A model generated the notes under the pieces. The model had not been told where the DNA came from and searched no databases. It worked only from the letters and a program-made list of their open reading frames with translations. Shown here in pieces: positions 1-12,700 of a stretch of DNA of 36,439 bases; position 1 is the stretch's first letter; every line of letters starts with the position of its first letter. This DNA is from Phoronis australis (taxonomy: Eukaryota; Animalia; Phoronida), in contig NMRA01000298.1 in assembly GCA_002633005.1 (NCBI GenBank), positions 71,791-108,229 of the forward strand. The letters run 5' to 3'. Made by a program: the position numbers and the translations under genes.

Positions 1-202
1 GTGGGATCCATGTCTTGAAATGAATATAAGGGATCCGCACTTCACCCTTTGATCAATTCCAAGGAAAGCTCTGCACCTTTGATGTAGAGTTACCAAATTA
101 CATGTATACCCTGCCACAACAAGAAAGCAAACGTTTTCTGACTCTGACTCTGACTCAATCGTTTTGAATTCAAAAAGGTGGGAACCATGTGCCTGTTTTG
201 GA

Positions 203-208
203 TTTATT
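203..208 (-). promoter_or_regulatory. Candidate polyadenylation signal AATAAA
   Basis: TTTATT on the plus strand, about 430 nt past the minus-strand stop codon. It is the first such hexamer I noticed downstream. Confidence 0.35.
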
Positions 209-641
209 GCCGACAACACAGTGTACACAAAACTAGACTCCACGGAAACGCAAATGACAATTGGCAAACCACTACTGACCCCACAACAAAACACATTAAA
301 ATAATACGGACTAAACTAATTTTCATGTGAGAATGTGTATGAATTTTGATTATTGACTTAACGTATCTGCAGGTAAAGAGAGCTATGTCAAGAATTGCAC
401 AGATGGTGGGAAATTGCGCCTCTTGCTGACGATGAAACAGGGGCATCTTTCTCGAGGAGCCTGTAAGCTTCTATCTTTTAGCTGTATTCAGTCTACAGAT
501 AGCCTAGCACGATTCATAAAAAACAACTTTGGTTGAAAGTCAGAAAATATGTCTACAAAACATAATTTGGGAGGAACACACGTGAAAAACGTTAAGGTAT
601 GGCATCAGCATAACTGTAGCGCGCCTCTAACTCCACGTGCA

Positions 642-787
642 TTAGTTCACGGTGAAGACTTCGTTGACCACAAGACGACAGCTGGAATACCAGCAGGTGT
701 AAGCACCATTGTAACTGTAACCGGGACACGTCTGTACGTAGAGTCTTATGTTGTAGCTTCCTGCTGGAAGATCGCAGAACCCGCCAA
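642..787 (-). CDS. Exon 12 (terminal): end of CTHRC1-like domain 3
   Basis: FGGFCDLPAGSYNIRLYVQTCPGYSYNGAYTCWYSSCRLVVNEVFTVN-stop. Acceptor ctctttttcag|. The stop follows the last conserved strand, as in CTHRC1. Confidence 0.88.
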
Positions 788-3700
788 CTGAAAAAGAGTT
801 GTACACACAATCAGCTTAAAGTGGCGAATATCAAAGTATGAGTTTACAGCATTCGAAAGTGAAAAAAGACACCTGACTTAAAGAGGCGGGATATTATTTC
901 AAAATCTGGCACAATGCCAACACTCAATTATGAAATTCCGTCAAAACACCCATTTAGTCCAGAGAACATTTCCGCATAAACTGGACAATTTGGTATTATA
1001 ACACCTAAAAATAAAAACGACTGAATGTGCATTCTGTGCGGCTTGGAAAATCACAATAGTGAGAGACTCAGAATGCAGTAACACATGAACATTGATTGGT
1101 CATATTTTCAAGTGCGCGATGTTTGGAATTAAAACCCCAAAAGTTGCCATCAATTCGACGTACATGTACACGTAAGTAACAACACAGTCAGGTAGTCTCA
1201 TTGTTGCGACAGCGCACTAATCGACAACCTGAATCGTGTGTAGGCCAACTTACAGTATCTTGTCACTACGGTACATGACCCTATATGTTCAGGAAGACGT
1301 CATTAGTTTGCAACCTACATGTATCAGACATTAGACAGAAACAAGCCCAGAGAGACACTGTCACCGAGTCAACCTGGGGTAGAGACGGTCGCCATCCCAT
1401 AGGCCCTGGATACACCGGACTCTTTACGGGGAGTAATGCTTCACACTGATTCCAACAACAAAGCTACTGTACGTTGTTATAAGTACATGTACCTTCTGCG
1501 TATAGAGGGCCACCGGTGTCTATAACTTATTCCAATTCGAACATTCGTGTATTCTCGTAATCCATTTTTCTTGTTCGATCAGTTCTTCGTTCATTTGCTC
1601 AAATCGACAACTGGTCGTTTTAGACTGCTCGCTTCTGGGGATATGACGTCATGTCTCCTGGCGTGATTAATGTAAAAATGGCGGTGGTGCTGTCTTACGT
1701 CGGGGTAGTGTTTTAGAGTTTGTGTAAAACAAATCTACTCTCGCCCGCTCTGAGTCTCTATTCCTGAGTATTTAACATGTATGCGTTGTGAAACTACACT
1801 TTATGTAGAAATTCTCAATATCTTAACATTTGAGACATGCTTTGGAGCCATATATTGTACTTTACCACCGGCTAAAATTCCGATTATGGGGAATGTCAAT
1901 ATGGACATCCCACAAACAGCAGTGAATTTCCAGTTTCAACGTTTAAATGTATAAAGCATATTATTGTTTAAGTATAAGCGCTGCTTGTTGGGTAGCAGGC
2001 GTACATGTACATGTGCATTTAAAATATTCAAAAGGAAAAGAGCTGCGCTTGATTTGGGTAAAACGCAAAAGCAAGATGGCCAGTCTTTTACTAGTCAGAC
2101 ACGGTTATGTTACATCTGGCACAAACAGTATTCAGCTGGAGGGGGGTCAAACACAACACTGCCGGTGACTGGACAGGAGGGTTGGTGAAATGAGCAGCAC
2201 TTGATTGCCCTAAAGGAAAGCTCAAATTCAGCTCAAGGCAACGTGAGAAAGTAAGACACCTGAAAGGAACTAGCTTAACTGACACATTCCAATAACCATT
2301 CTTTTTGTGGGTGACCAGCGTTGACGTAAGGGCTTAGCACTTGACTACGCTAGCAACACATACATGTAACGCTTTGTCAGCATAACGCCTTATTCTACTA
2401 GTTTTAAGTTAACGGCTTATGTGAATTATGTAAATGTTTTACAACATTACTCGCACTTACACGATGAAGCGTGGTGTTGGTTATCATCGACATTGTCTGT
2501 TCTATGCAACAGTCTTTGATAGACTATTGTAGCAATTTTTCCAGGTGTTGAACATTCGGCCCCATTAAAGCTCAGATACCAACGGGCGCATCCGGGTGTA
2601 TCGTAGCTCGACTGGTATTGTCGCAAGGCACCGTTGAAGTGCACTGATAGTAGGCTTTGAGATGACTTCTTGTTGTAGGTGACTGACTGCGAGTAACGAA
2701 ATAAAGACGTTCAGTTATCTCTTGACAGAAGCATATACATGTACTCAGTCGGTAGAAACATGTTGTATAATTACATGTACTGGGGCCTGACGTGTAACCT
2801 TTGTATTCGAAATCAAGCTAATAATTTGTTTGCATATTCCATTCTGCGTATATTTTTCAGCTAGAACTCAAGACAGGAGTCTGCTATCCTATGCTGCAGT
2901 ACACTATGTTGCTCTTGGCACATTCTAGCATGCATTTGGTGACCTTGGCGGCCACGCTGAACTGGAAAACCTAAATTTTACTAGAACTTTTTGAGTTTAG
3001 TCAAGTTTGTGTCTGAGATCTAGCTTTTATCAAACGTGAACCTAGACTACCCACTCACTCCGATTTATCTTGACTTCGTACTGAATAAGAAGGCAAAATG
3101 AAAATATGTTGATTTTGAGTTCCATCTCAGGTACACAGACTAGCCCTGGACATCCGTTGGACGTTTGGTGAGGGGCGGGAGCGAAACAGACATGACCAGA
3201 ACACTCCACCCCCTCCATTGACAGACTTCAGTTTCGTCCCCGTCACCAGCTTCCAAAAATCGAAGCCAATAAGATTTTATACCATTCCACCCGCAGTTGA
3301 CCCATCCCCAGGCAAAAAGTTTACCTCCTCTCCCCTCTTTGGCTATACCAGGCCGAAGGAAACGTAAAGCACCGTAGCTTGGGTACCCAGAACATTGCGT
3401 CAATAAAATGTCGTTAGAGAACGTCATCCTTTAGGACGTTATACGATGTTACGCATTTAGGGCGCGTCATACAAGTAGATACTACCCTCATTTGCACAAA
3501 CTAAGCTTCATCCCGATGTTAATAGCTTGATGCTGCAGTTGCTTTGAAGTGCACTGAATGCTATTACATAAGAGAACGACCACGAATAGAAATATATTCT
3601 CAGAATCAAACAATCAGTGTTGTGGTCACTGCAGCTTTGTTTCACGTTTTGAGAAGATTACACGAGTCTTCTTGACGAACTTATGATCACGAGCGTGTAA

Positions 3701-6700
3701 GTCACTTGTGCAGTCACATACGTGCGTTCAGTGGATTTGATAGTTATTTGGTTGGTCGACATGTACTGCCAGTGGATATTCCTTGGCGTTCATGAAATTC
3801 CAAATGATCGTGTGGTCTACAAATAATCTTGTTCCTGTGAGTACATTTCCCTGATTTTTTTCTGTCAATCTATGATCTGCACTGTAGGTGTTCCTAGCCC
3901 TTTCCTGCTTTCGCTAGCAATAAATGGCCAAGGTGGAGAGAGACCGCAGTAGTTACAGTCTAGTTAAAGTCAATAGCGTGATTGCCCTTTGAAATAGCTG
4001 ACTTTCAAAATAACCGACCAATATTGAAATGTCGCCAGAGGGCGATGAGATCTTTAGTGGCCAGGCGCTCAGCACCACCCACAGAACCCAGTTATTTTCA
4101 GTTATGCAATGCTCAAATAATCTGATTTCAAGTATTCCACACAAGGTTTAATCTCCGGCGATGTAAATTATTTTTAACAAACATAAATAATAAATCGAGT
4201 ACTTGTGAGTTTGCAAACTAGCCAAAGGTAACAATGTTGACATGGGAAATTATTGGATAAATTTCACAATTAACCATTGGAATTGAGAAGACCAAAATGG
4301 AAGTACAACTTCATACAACCAGTACAGATGGATGGTGTCTTCTGTTTTTTTTCCACAAAATGTACATATTTGGTAATCTATGAATCACAACAATTTTACC
4401 TAAACGTTATGAGTGCTTAAAAGTCTGTGATAATTGGACTTCAAAACCAATTCAATTTTAAACCAATGCTAAACATTTACGAACAAATTTGTGTTTTCTT
4501 CCACCATTCATCACCGGTCAGCTGGGAATAAAGCACCAATTTTCCTTTTATTTCAAAATTCAGTTGGATAAAACATGTGTTCCAAATTTGTTTTGAAAAC
4601 TTCGGTTAGTAAACTAAGTTAAAGAAATGAAACTTGTTGTTTTAAAAAACGCTTAGAAGATTTTTTTAAACCAAAAATATGGTGCATGGAGGACAAAACC
4701 CACCTGCCGCATCAAAAGACTGGCAAATCATTAGTTTACGACTTTTGTCTAAAATATCGTTAATGAAAAGTTGTTCTAACTTGATTTTTACTGGCGACGC
4801 TCCCATCGCCTGCCTCCAGGAGCATCATAATTGCCATCTATGTACGATTGTCTGGCGCCTCACATGGCACACCTCAGCAATGGTACTACATGTATTTGGG
4901 TCAATAATAAATAAGCTAACGACAAGAAGAATGCTGCAAATAGTATATCCCGTTCAATCCGCCATATTTTGATCACATCACGTGACCTAAAGAATGTCTT
5001 CGATACTCACAATACTTCCGATATGACCATTGTTTGTACCGTCGTTCACTGCCCACCACCACCACTGGTGAAAGTTGTACTCGGGCAGTCGCTGGACGCT
5101 ACCGTCACGGGTCGCGACTATCATTAGAAATAAGACAGATTATATGTTTACCATGTGCTCACTCAAAACAGTTATGGAACCACTTTCCATCACAAAACCA
5201 ACTTTGGTTACGGTTGTTTGTAACCGTTTCAAATACGTTAGGATTAACATTCTAAACACCAAACACCGATCCTCGTATGTGGCAAAAATGAAAAATAATA
5301 CGACCACTGTTTACGTCATACGGTTATCTTTGTCGGTTGTGTCGGAATTAGGCGTGACCACTCTCGCTGCGACCCTACGGGACCTCGAAATAACACCTCT
5401 CATGTCCATGAAGTTCGGGTAAATTCGGACAAAACTTCCTAGCTCTACTTGCTTACCTACTACAGAAGGTTTGTGGATCAGCTAATAACATTAGACGAGA
5501 AATGGGATCTCCGCAAATCATTTGAGAAACCAACCAATGAGATTCTTTGTTACTAGTTCACTTCCAATGCCTTCGGATTTTAAGAATAATAACAATGGTC
5601 AAAATCGGGGAAATTCGGACGCAGGTGGGGAAAGTCGGACGGAGTGTCGGGGAAATTCGGACCAGCAAATTCTGAATAGGTAAAAATCGGACAAAATATA
5701 TAACATTACTTTATGATTTCAAAAAATGAGTTTAGGTGTTATTTTGCAGTCTTAACATCAGACAAGTAGTAAAATTTAAGAAGTCATCATGTCCTGGCCA
5801 CATAAACAACGTAAAAATACGTCCGCCCTTACCAATTTGTGTGCAGCCCACGTGGTAAACAGCGCCATTGTTGTTGACAAATTAAGTTTTGGATTAACCT
5901 CTTAAAACAGGAGGTCATCACGTGATTACGAAAATCTCTCAAGAAAAAGTCAATAAAAGCGTCTAGTAGCCTGAAAACTCGGGAGTCAGAATTTCCCCGC
6001 AGCATACAATAAGTTGGAGGGGAAATTCGGACACCGTTTTTTTTATTAAATCATGCTTTTTGTAAGTTTTTCTATTAGAATTAACATATAAAACTGAATT
6101 CAAGCTCATTTACATGATAAGTGACCAAGTGACCTAAATAAAACTTGAAAATGACAGTGTACCTACCGCAGACTTTCAAAATCAGCACGCGAAGCAAACG
6201 GCAGGGCGACATAAGGTGCTGAACATGCCTCATATCTGTTGAAACTTTGTTGTAATTCAAGTGAGTTGATAAATAAACTCTTACTATTGTTCAAAGTAGT
6301 GAATAATATTTTCACTTAGTGGTAAGGCATCTTGGTTGTTAATATATTTGACGTTCATTTAGACTTGCCCGAATTTTACCGCCGTCCGAGTTTCCCCGAA
6401 CTACCCATACTACTATAACTACTGTTATAGTCGGTGGGAAAAGAAATGCCTTCCGTAAGAAGCGGATTTTGTAGATGTGAATATTGTGACTTGATTATGA
6501 CCGTGGCAAGGGGATCTGTCTCCCCTACTGCAATTTGCCGCGTCAAAGAAAAATCTAGATATTCGAGGTATAGGGTAATTACACTGTACCTGCACTAACG
6601 TCCAGATCGTAGCGGATTTCCTCGACAATAACCCTGTTTCTCTGATTCCAGCCCGTGTAACCGTCCATACTCCCTGCTAATCTGGCGATGTGTATCTCAA

Positions 6701-9700
6701 CGGATCTCCGTCCTACTGCAATGTTGTTGCACATGCCATCAACTGTGTAGACAAATATTTAACGTGTTTAAATCACCAGTTATCGAATAAAACATGAAAA
6801 AAACAGCACCACCAGTCTATCAAACACCCGCAAACAAAATCGGACGATAAGTGAATTACCCGATCTCGAGTTACGACCATTTATTGGTAGATACGTACTA
6901 CATAAACTCGGGAAAAGTAATTGCCGCACGAGCCATGTTCCATCGTGCTTATAGTCGGTGGGCCAGATCTCATAGCGTTCATCCTTGAGAGTACTTTTGG
7001 CTAGATAATATACTTATCAATCAAATTCCAAAAAGTTCCCACGTCTACACTTGCACATTTTTTTAAAAAAGGTGTTTTTGTTGCACAAAATATTATGCAC
7101 ATTCCTGCCACTTGGGGGCGCTTTTCTATTGAATTAACCAATCAGCGAGCCAGATTGTATTGTTGTGCTTAGTTACTTCAATATGGCTGCTCCCATGGAG
7201 TGTGATGCCTGTATAATTCAAGGTTTATCAAACAGCACAAAATTGTGATGCCAGAGCCTAAAGAAGCTTAGGAAATCTTCCTGACGAACTCTGATGGACT
7301 ATGGAACTCTGTAGATCAGTAGATCAAAAAGAAGAAGAGGTGTCACAAACGTTTGTGCAGAAAACACCTGCATGTCCTGGTATAGCCTACAAAGTATACT
7401 GCTGAGTGCTGTAGACTAGAAGACCAAGTGTCAGACCAAGAAATTGAAAGGACATAGAACGGCATAGCAACGTTTCAAGGCACCAACAGTAGTACTAAAG
7501 CTGAAGTTGATGAAAGTGATACAGATGTTATCCAAGATTTCCCAAGTAAATCAATTTTGCTTCCAAAATCTGAAACACCCAATTAACCTGAATAACAGGA
7601 ACATTCTGAAACATGAGTGCATCACTTGTTAGCAGGAAAAGTATGTTATGGACCATATTTCAAGAAAGAGAAAGAAGTATAGCTTTGTAAAACAGGTACG
7701 TGTTTTCGAAAGGTATATCTTGGTGTTTTCCATGTGTGTTTCAGTATTATCACCAGTTGTTTTTTTAACTTGTTCAGCTCCTTGGCTGCCTAGGCCTTAA
7801 GCAATACCGCTGACCCAGTGGAGACGGTGATCATACCATAGGTACTCCATATACCGGATGCTTTTCAGCAAATTATGTTCCTATAAGTTTAGAAGTACTG
7901 CGTAGAGATGCCTCTGAGGAGGTCGTTAATGTTTTCATTTGTTCCCAATTTAAACAAATACTCCTGCAATCCTGTTTTTCGAACACTCCATTGTTCAGTT
8001 GCCACATCGAAACTGCGTGCGCTAAGGGATAATCATATGGCGTTATACTGTGGGTGTGATTTTAAAGCACTTTAAGAAGGTTAAATGGAGTAGATGGTTG
8101 CAAACAACATGCCCAAGTGGCCGTCATCCCCTGCCGTAGTCCTGGTATAGAAGGAACCTCTTCTCGAATTTTTGTAAACATTAATTACTTAGGTAGCTGC
8201 AGTGATAATTAAATTAGAGTGCCTAAGTGGCCATCGTCGCTGTCGTAATTTGAAGACGATGGAAACCATTGTCCATTTCGTCAAATGTAAATTACCTTAA
8301 GTGTAAATCAATTGACTATGGTTTGAGCATCTGATTTTAAAAAATTAAATTTCAATCACTGCACTGGTATATCAGCTGATTTATTTTCAGTTGCATCAAC
8401 TAATCTAATTATTAGACGATCAACATTATTAGGCTACAGATCAGACGGCATGTAAATTTGGTAGGCTGGTGGTGGATCAGTTCCAGATAAGCCCGTATGA
8501 AAAAGTTGCATGCCAACTCACTCATAGTTGAATGTTAAATTAGTGTTAACAGTTCGGTTTTTTTCAGTTGGACTTGTATCGCAAGCGACAGCTCAGTTTA
8601 GAGCCCTGAATATGCAAATGAAATTCAAAGATAAAGGCCTTGTGTCTTAGAAGCCAAGTACCACTGATCATCATGGTATACAAAATAGAAAGACAACGAT
8701 TGTGAAGAGTGACGAATCCACAGTTTTCAGAGATGTTTTTCTACAGTTTTGTTTGGAGTTCATTGAATCATAGCTTCTAACACATGGATATGTCAGTTGC
8801 CTTTCAAAACTAAAGCAAGATTTTGAAGCTGTTCTTCAGAAACCTGGTGTGCATGAAGTTATTTGTGTGTATGAAGTTATCTGTTGTAGTTTGTGCCCGA
8901 CTAAGAGATACGGAAGTGAATTGAGGCTAGTGTTAATAATTCACTTGCTGACTCTAATTAACACAGCCCATTATAACATATTTTGAATCAGACGTTTGCC
9001 CAAATCCTGCCCGCCTCCAAACAAGGACTTAGTGTTTGACCCTTCACTGCCTGCGGGCCAATCACCATTGTGGGGTGCTGTACCCTCTCTAATCGACCAT
9101 AGTTGGCTCCTTGGCGGTGGAGCTTTGCAGTTAAAATGTATGGCAGTGTCCGCATCTCCATGAACGCTGCAAGTGCAAAAAGAACATGTGTGCTTCGAAA
9201 CTGAGTTTGTGCTGCAATGCTGGGTCAAACTGTACAGACTATAAATGTGCAGCTGTGACAACTGTAGTAACATCAGCAACACTGACTGCATAACATTGGA
9301 TAGTTCTTTGACAAGTCAACCCTAAATAGACCTCCAACCTCGTTATTTCCTGTTTTTTGTATTGAAAAGTTAATTTTATTTATTGAATAAGTCATAGAAA
9401 GTAAAAACTTTGATCATTGTCATGTATTTGTCTCATACTGCTTGATAAACGCTGTCAGAATAATTTGTTATTTTCATACAGTCTGTGTACACATTCACAG
9501 AGATCATTCAACTATATTGTTTTTGTACTATAACGTATTTCTGGTGTATTATGCAAACAAGCTGTATTTTACACCATTAGTCAATGTTTGAGTCATTGAG
9601 GCACAAATTCTGCCCAGTCTCAAGTGTTTTGTGTCATTTTTGTTGCCAGACAATGCCAGAATAACTGTCTTGTAACATTCAAACTTAGTTTGCATTTTTG

Positions 9701-12700
9701 CCACTAGGTGTCTCTTTACATTTTTTAAATTTCACTGTTTACAATTAATCTACAATAGTAAAATATGTAATGTGAGTGTAATATTGTTCAATACAATAGC
9801 ACTGATGGGACCATATTACTTGTTTTACAAAAAAAGTCACCAAAACTGTTGTTTTTACAAATATAAATTTGCTAAGCTCTTTGGTGATTATTAGGTAACT
9901 TCAAACTCAAATTTCTCAAAAATGTGCAACTTTATATGTGGGAACTTTATAGATTTTGAAAACACTCTAGTAAATGAATTAAAAACACCAAAGTAAAATT
10001 GCCCCCCTAAAGTACCCACAAAAACCATTTTCTAGAGGCCCTACAAATTCTGGCCCACCGACTATTAGACAAGTGTAAAAAATCGTCACAAACTGCTGCT
10101 TGTTTTCTCGTTGGTCACGGTGTAATCAGGAATTGTGAAGCTTTGCGTTTGTGGTGGTTGTAGCAACTTAGCATTTGATTGCGTTCTGTCTGTTTCCCAA
10201 GGGACTTCAGAGAACCGCAGATATGGCACAACTTTGTACGAGAAACTTGCTTGCTGGTCGACATGATGCACTGGCGCTAGGTACACTACGTTCACGCGCC
10301 ACCCTCGTGTCCGTGGAACTAAGATATTTTAAATTGAGGTCCCTTCCTTCTATTTTCCTGTGTTTGGGACTTTGAATAAACGATCGTGCGTGCAATGTCA
10401 CAAAGGAAAGTTTAATTACGCTGATATAGTACCCACTATTCAAAAGATGGTAAAAAGTGGTAAAGTCTCATGCACAAAGCTCAGGATATTTCTAACAACT
10501 AGTTTTAGTCCAACTTGTCTTCTTCTACGATATTCACGGATTGCTGTCTAACACTTGTTTTTGGAAGGAATGCAGTTTTATACCAAATGACTCACCAGAT
10601 ACCGATCAATAACAGGATTACAATTGTTGCTGGTGTAACTCAATTAATTTTGTTCATGCGGTATTGTACACATGTAAGTCGCTGACATAACAAAAGCTAA
10701 TGCAAATTTACTAATGAAAAAGACATTGACATTCGATTTTATTCATGCATTGCTGTCATGTGCATGCATGTGGTCATGAAAAATTTAAAGTCTTATCACA
10801 AACCAACATAAAGAGGACACTAATGTCCAGGCCGCTATCGCTGTGGATTTAATCTGTAAAACAGTATCTCCCCTCACTCAACAGCTGGATGACAGGATAA
10901 ATGTTACCATCCAGTTTGTCATACAGGACTTCGTAGACATCTCTGTGTGTTTTGCCAAAGATCTAGAAAACTATAGATTTTAACTCATTAAAATTGTACA
11001 TATTCTGAATTTCATAGTTCACTTTTACCAATCTGTTGCCAGTTGGCTATCGTGACCATGTCTTTTTCTTATAACGTAGCAAAATGAAGAACAAAATGAT
11101 TTCCAATCAGACTTCACAAAATCCATGAACTTGGACAGCTTATTAATTCCACGAAACATATCGCTGCGCCAATGGCATGCTCTTGCTACTCAGGCAAAAT
11201 AGCCTCTCAGTGTTCAACGACGAGAAATTAAACACCAGAGGTCTATGCCTTCTCGCAACATTTGACATTAAAAATATAACTCAATGAATGACATTAAATG
11301 CATTAATAACCCAGGAACTAATCTCTATTTACTGAACTAGGCACGCAAACCGAACAATTTCATGGCATACTTCGAGTTAGTAGAAGGACATTCGTTCGTG
11401 GGCGTAAGGTTTAGTATTGAACGATGTAACGTCGTTAGTTACAGTTACTTAGGCAATGATTGCTCGGTTGAAATGGGTATGCTATTTATAGACAGTTGAA
11501 CAACCTGAGACGCGATTCATGGTCCAAATAGTCAACGTTTCGGTTTACATAAGACCATTATCAGAAAGCAGTGTCACTAACCGGCAATACAACTAAAACA
11601 CTAAATGAAAATCACAATGCAAGCTAGAGAAAATGAGAGTGCTAAAGACCCCAACAATGGTTCGTTTACTCACTCAGTCAGTTGATCATGGAGTTCAGAT
11701 ACTAGACAAAATGCTGAGTATCAAATAGACTCGTACTGCTGAGAGCTCACTCAACAGTGATGTTGGGGCTTACATGTACGGTTTGGAGTTTTTATCACTG
11801 CCTTGTCGCTCTCCAGGACTACTCATGCACTGTGATGTTCACTTAGTGTTTTGGTTGTATTGCCGGTTAGTGGCACTTCTTCCCGATGATGGTTTTATGT
11901 CATTAAACCAAAACGTTCAAATTATGAATCGCGTCTCAGTTTTCATGCTCAGCTTTTCCTGTTACTACGGCCAAAATCTAGTGTTATTGGGAAAGCTACA
12001 TGTATTTCAAACAATGGTGCGTCTGTGATACTTTGATGCTGTATACGTAAATACTTTTGCATCAACTAACTTAGCTAATATGAAATATCACTTTCATTCA
12101 ACTGTGGGATTACTACAGTATGAGCATGTTCTTATTATAGCCGTGCGTGGGTATTTAAAGCTGCGCATGTGCCTATGGACGAACTAGGTGCGTAAAATCA
12201 TGCTTGACACTCATGCATCCGAAAAATGGGCACCCACTTATTTTTTAAATATTCTCAGCCTTTGGGTGGAACTGCATGAACAAAAATTTGATGTATTTCT
12301 TTTAGTTGAGTCGAAAAATGACTCCCCATGCACCCCCGAACTTCAAAGTTTAAGTTGCATTTTTGCAAAGAAAAATGTTTCTGAAAACTGAAAAAAGATG
12401 TTAACAAGCCGAAAAAATGTCCCACGTGCATTTTTATGCAAATTACTGCCGCCATTACCGATTTGTAGTTATTTGATGATATCGGACTTTATTTTTCCTG
12501 TAACTGAATAAATCAAGTGTCAACACTGGAGAATCATGGCTTTTGGAGACTTTTGTCCCGAATTTCATGAAGGTGTCGTAGTTTTTTGCCTGCTTTTTAT
12601 CTGACATTGCTTAAGGCTGTTAAGTTACCATGTTCATTTATAGACTCTAAATGAAGAATGCATAAGGTTAGTGTTTGTTCTTTGGCTTCAGTAGATAAGT

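Noticed and set aside
3140-3427. 95-aa Trp/Gly-rich minus-strand ORF in intron 10
   Set aside because: No recognisable domain or convincing splice pair, and exons 10 and 11 already join within one domain.
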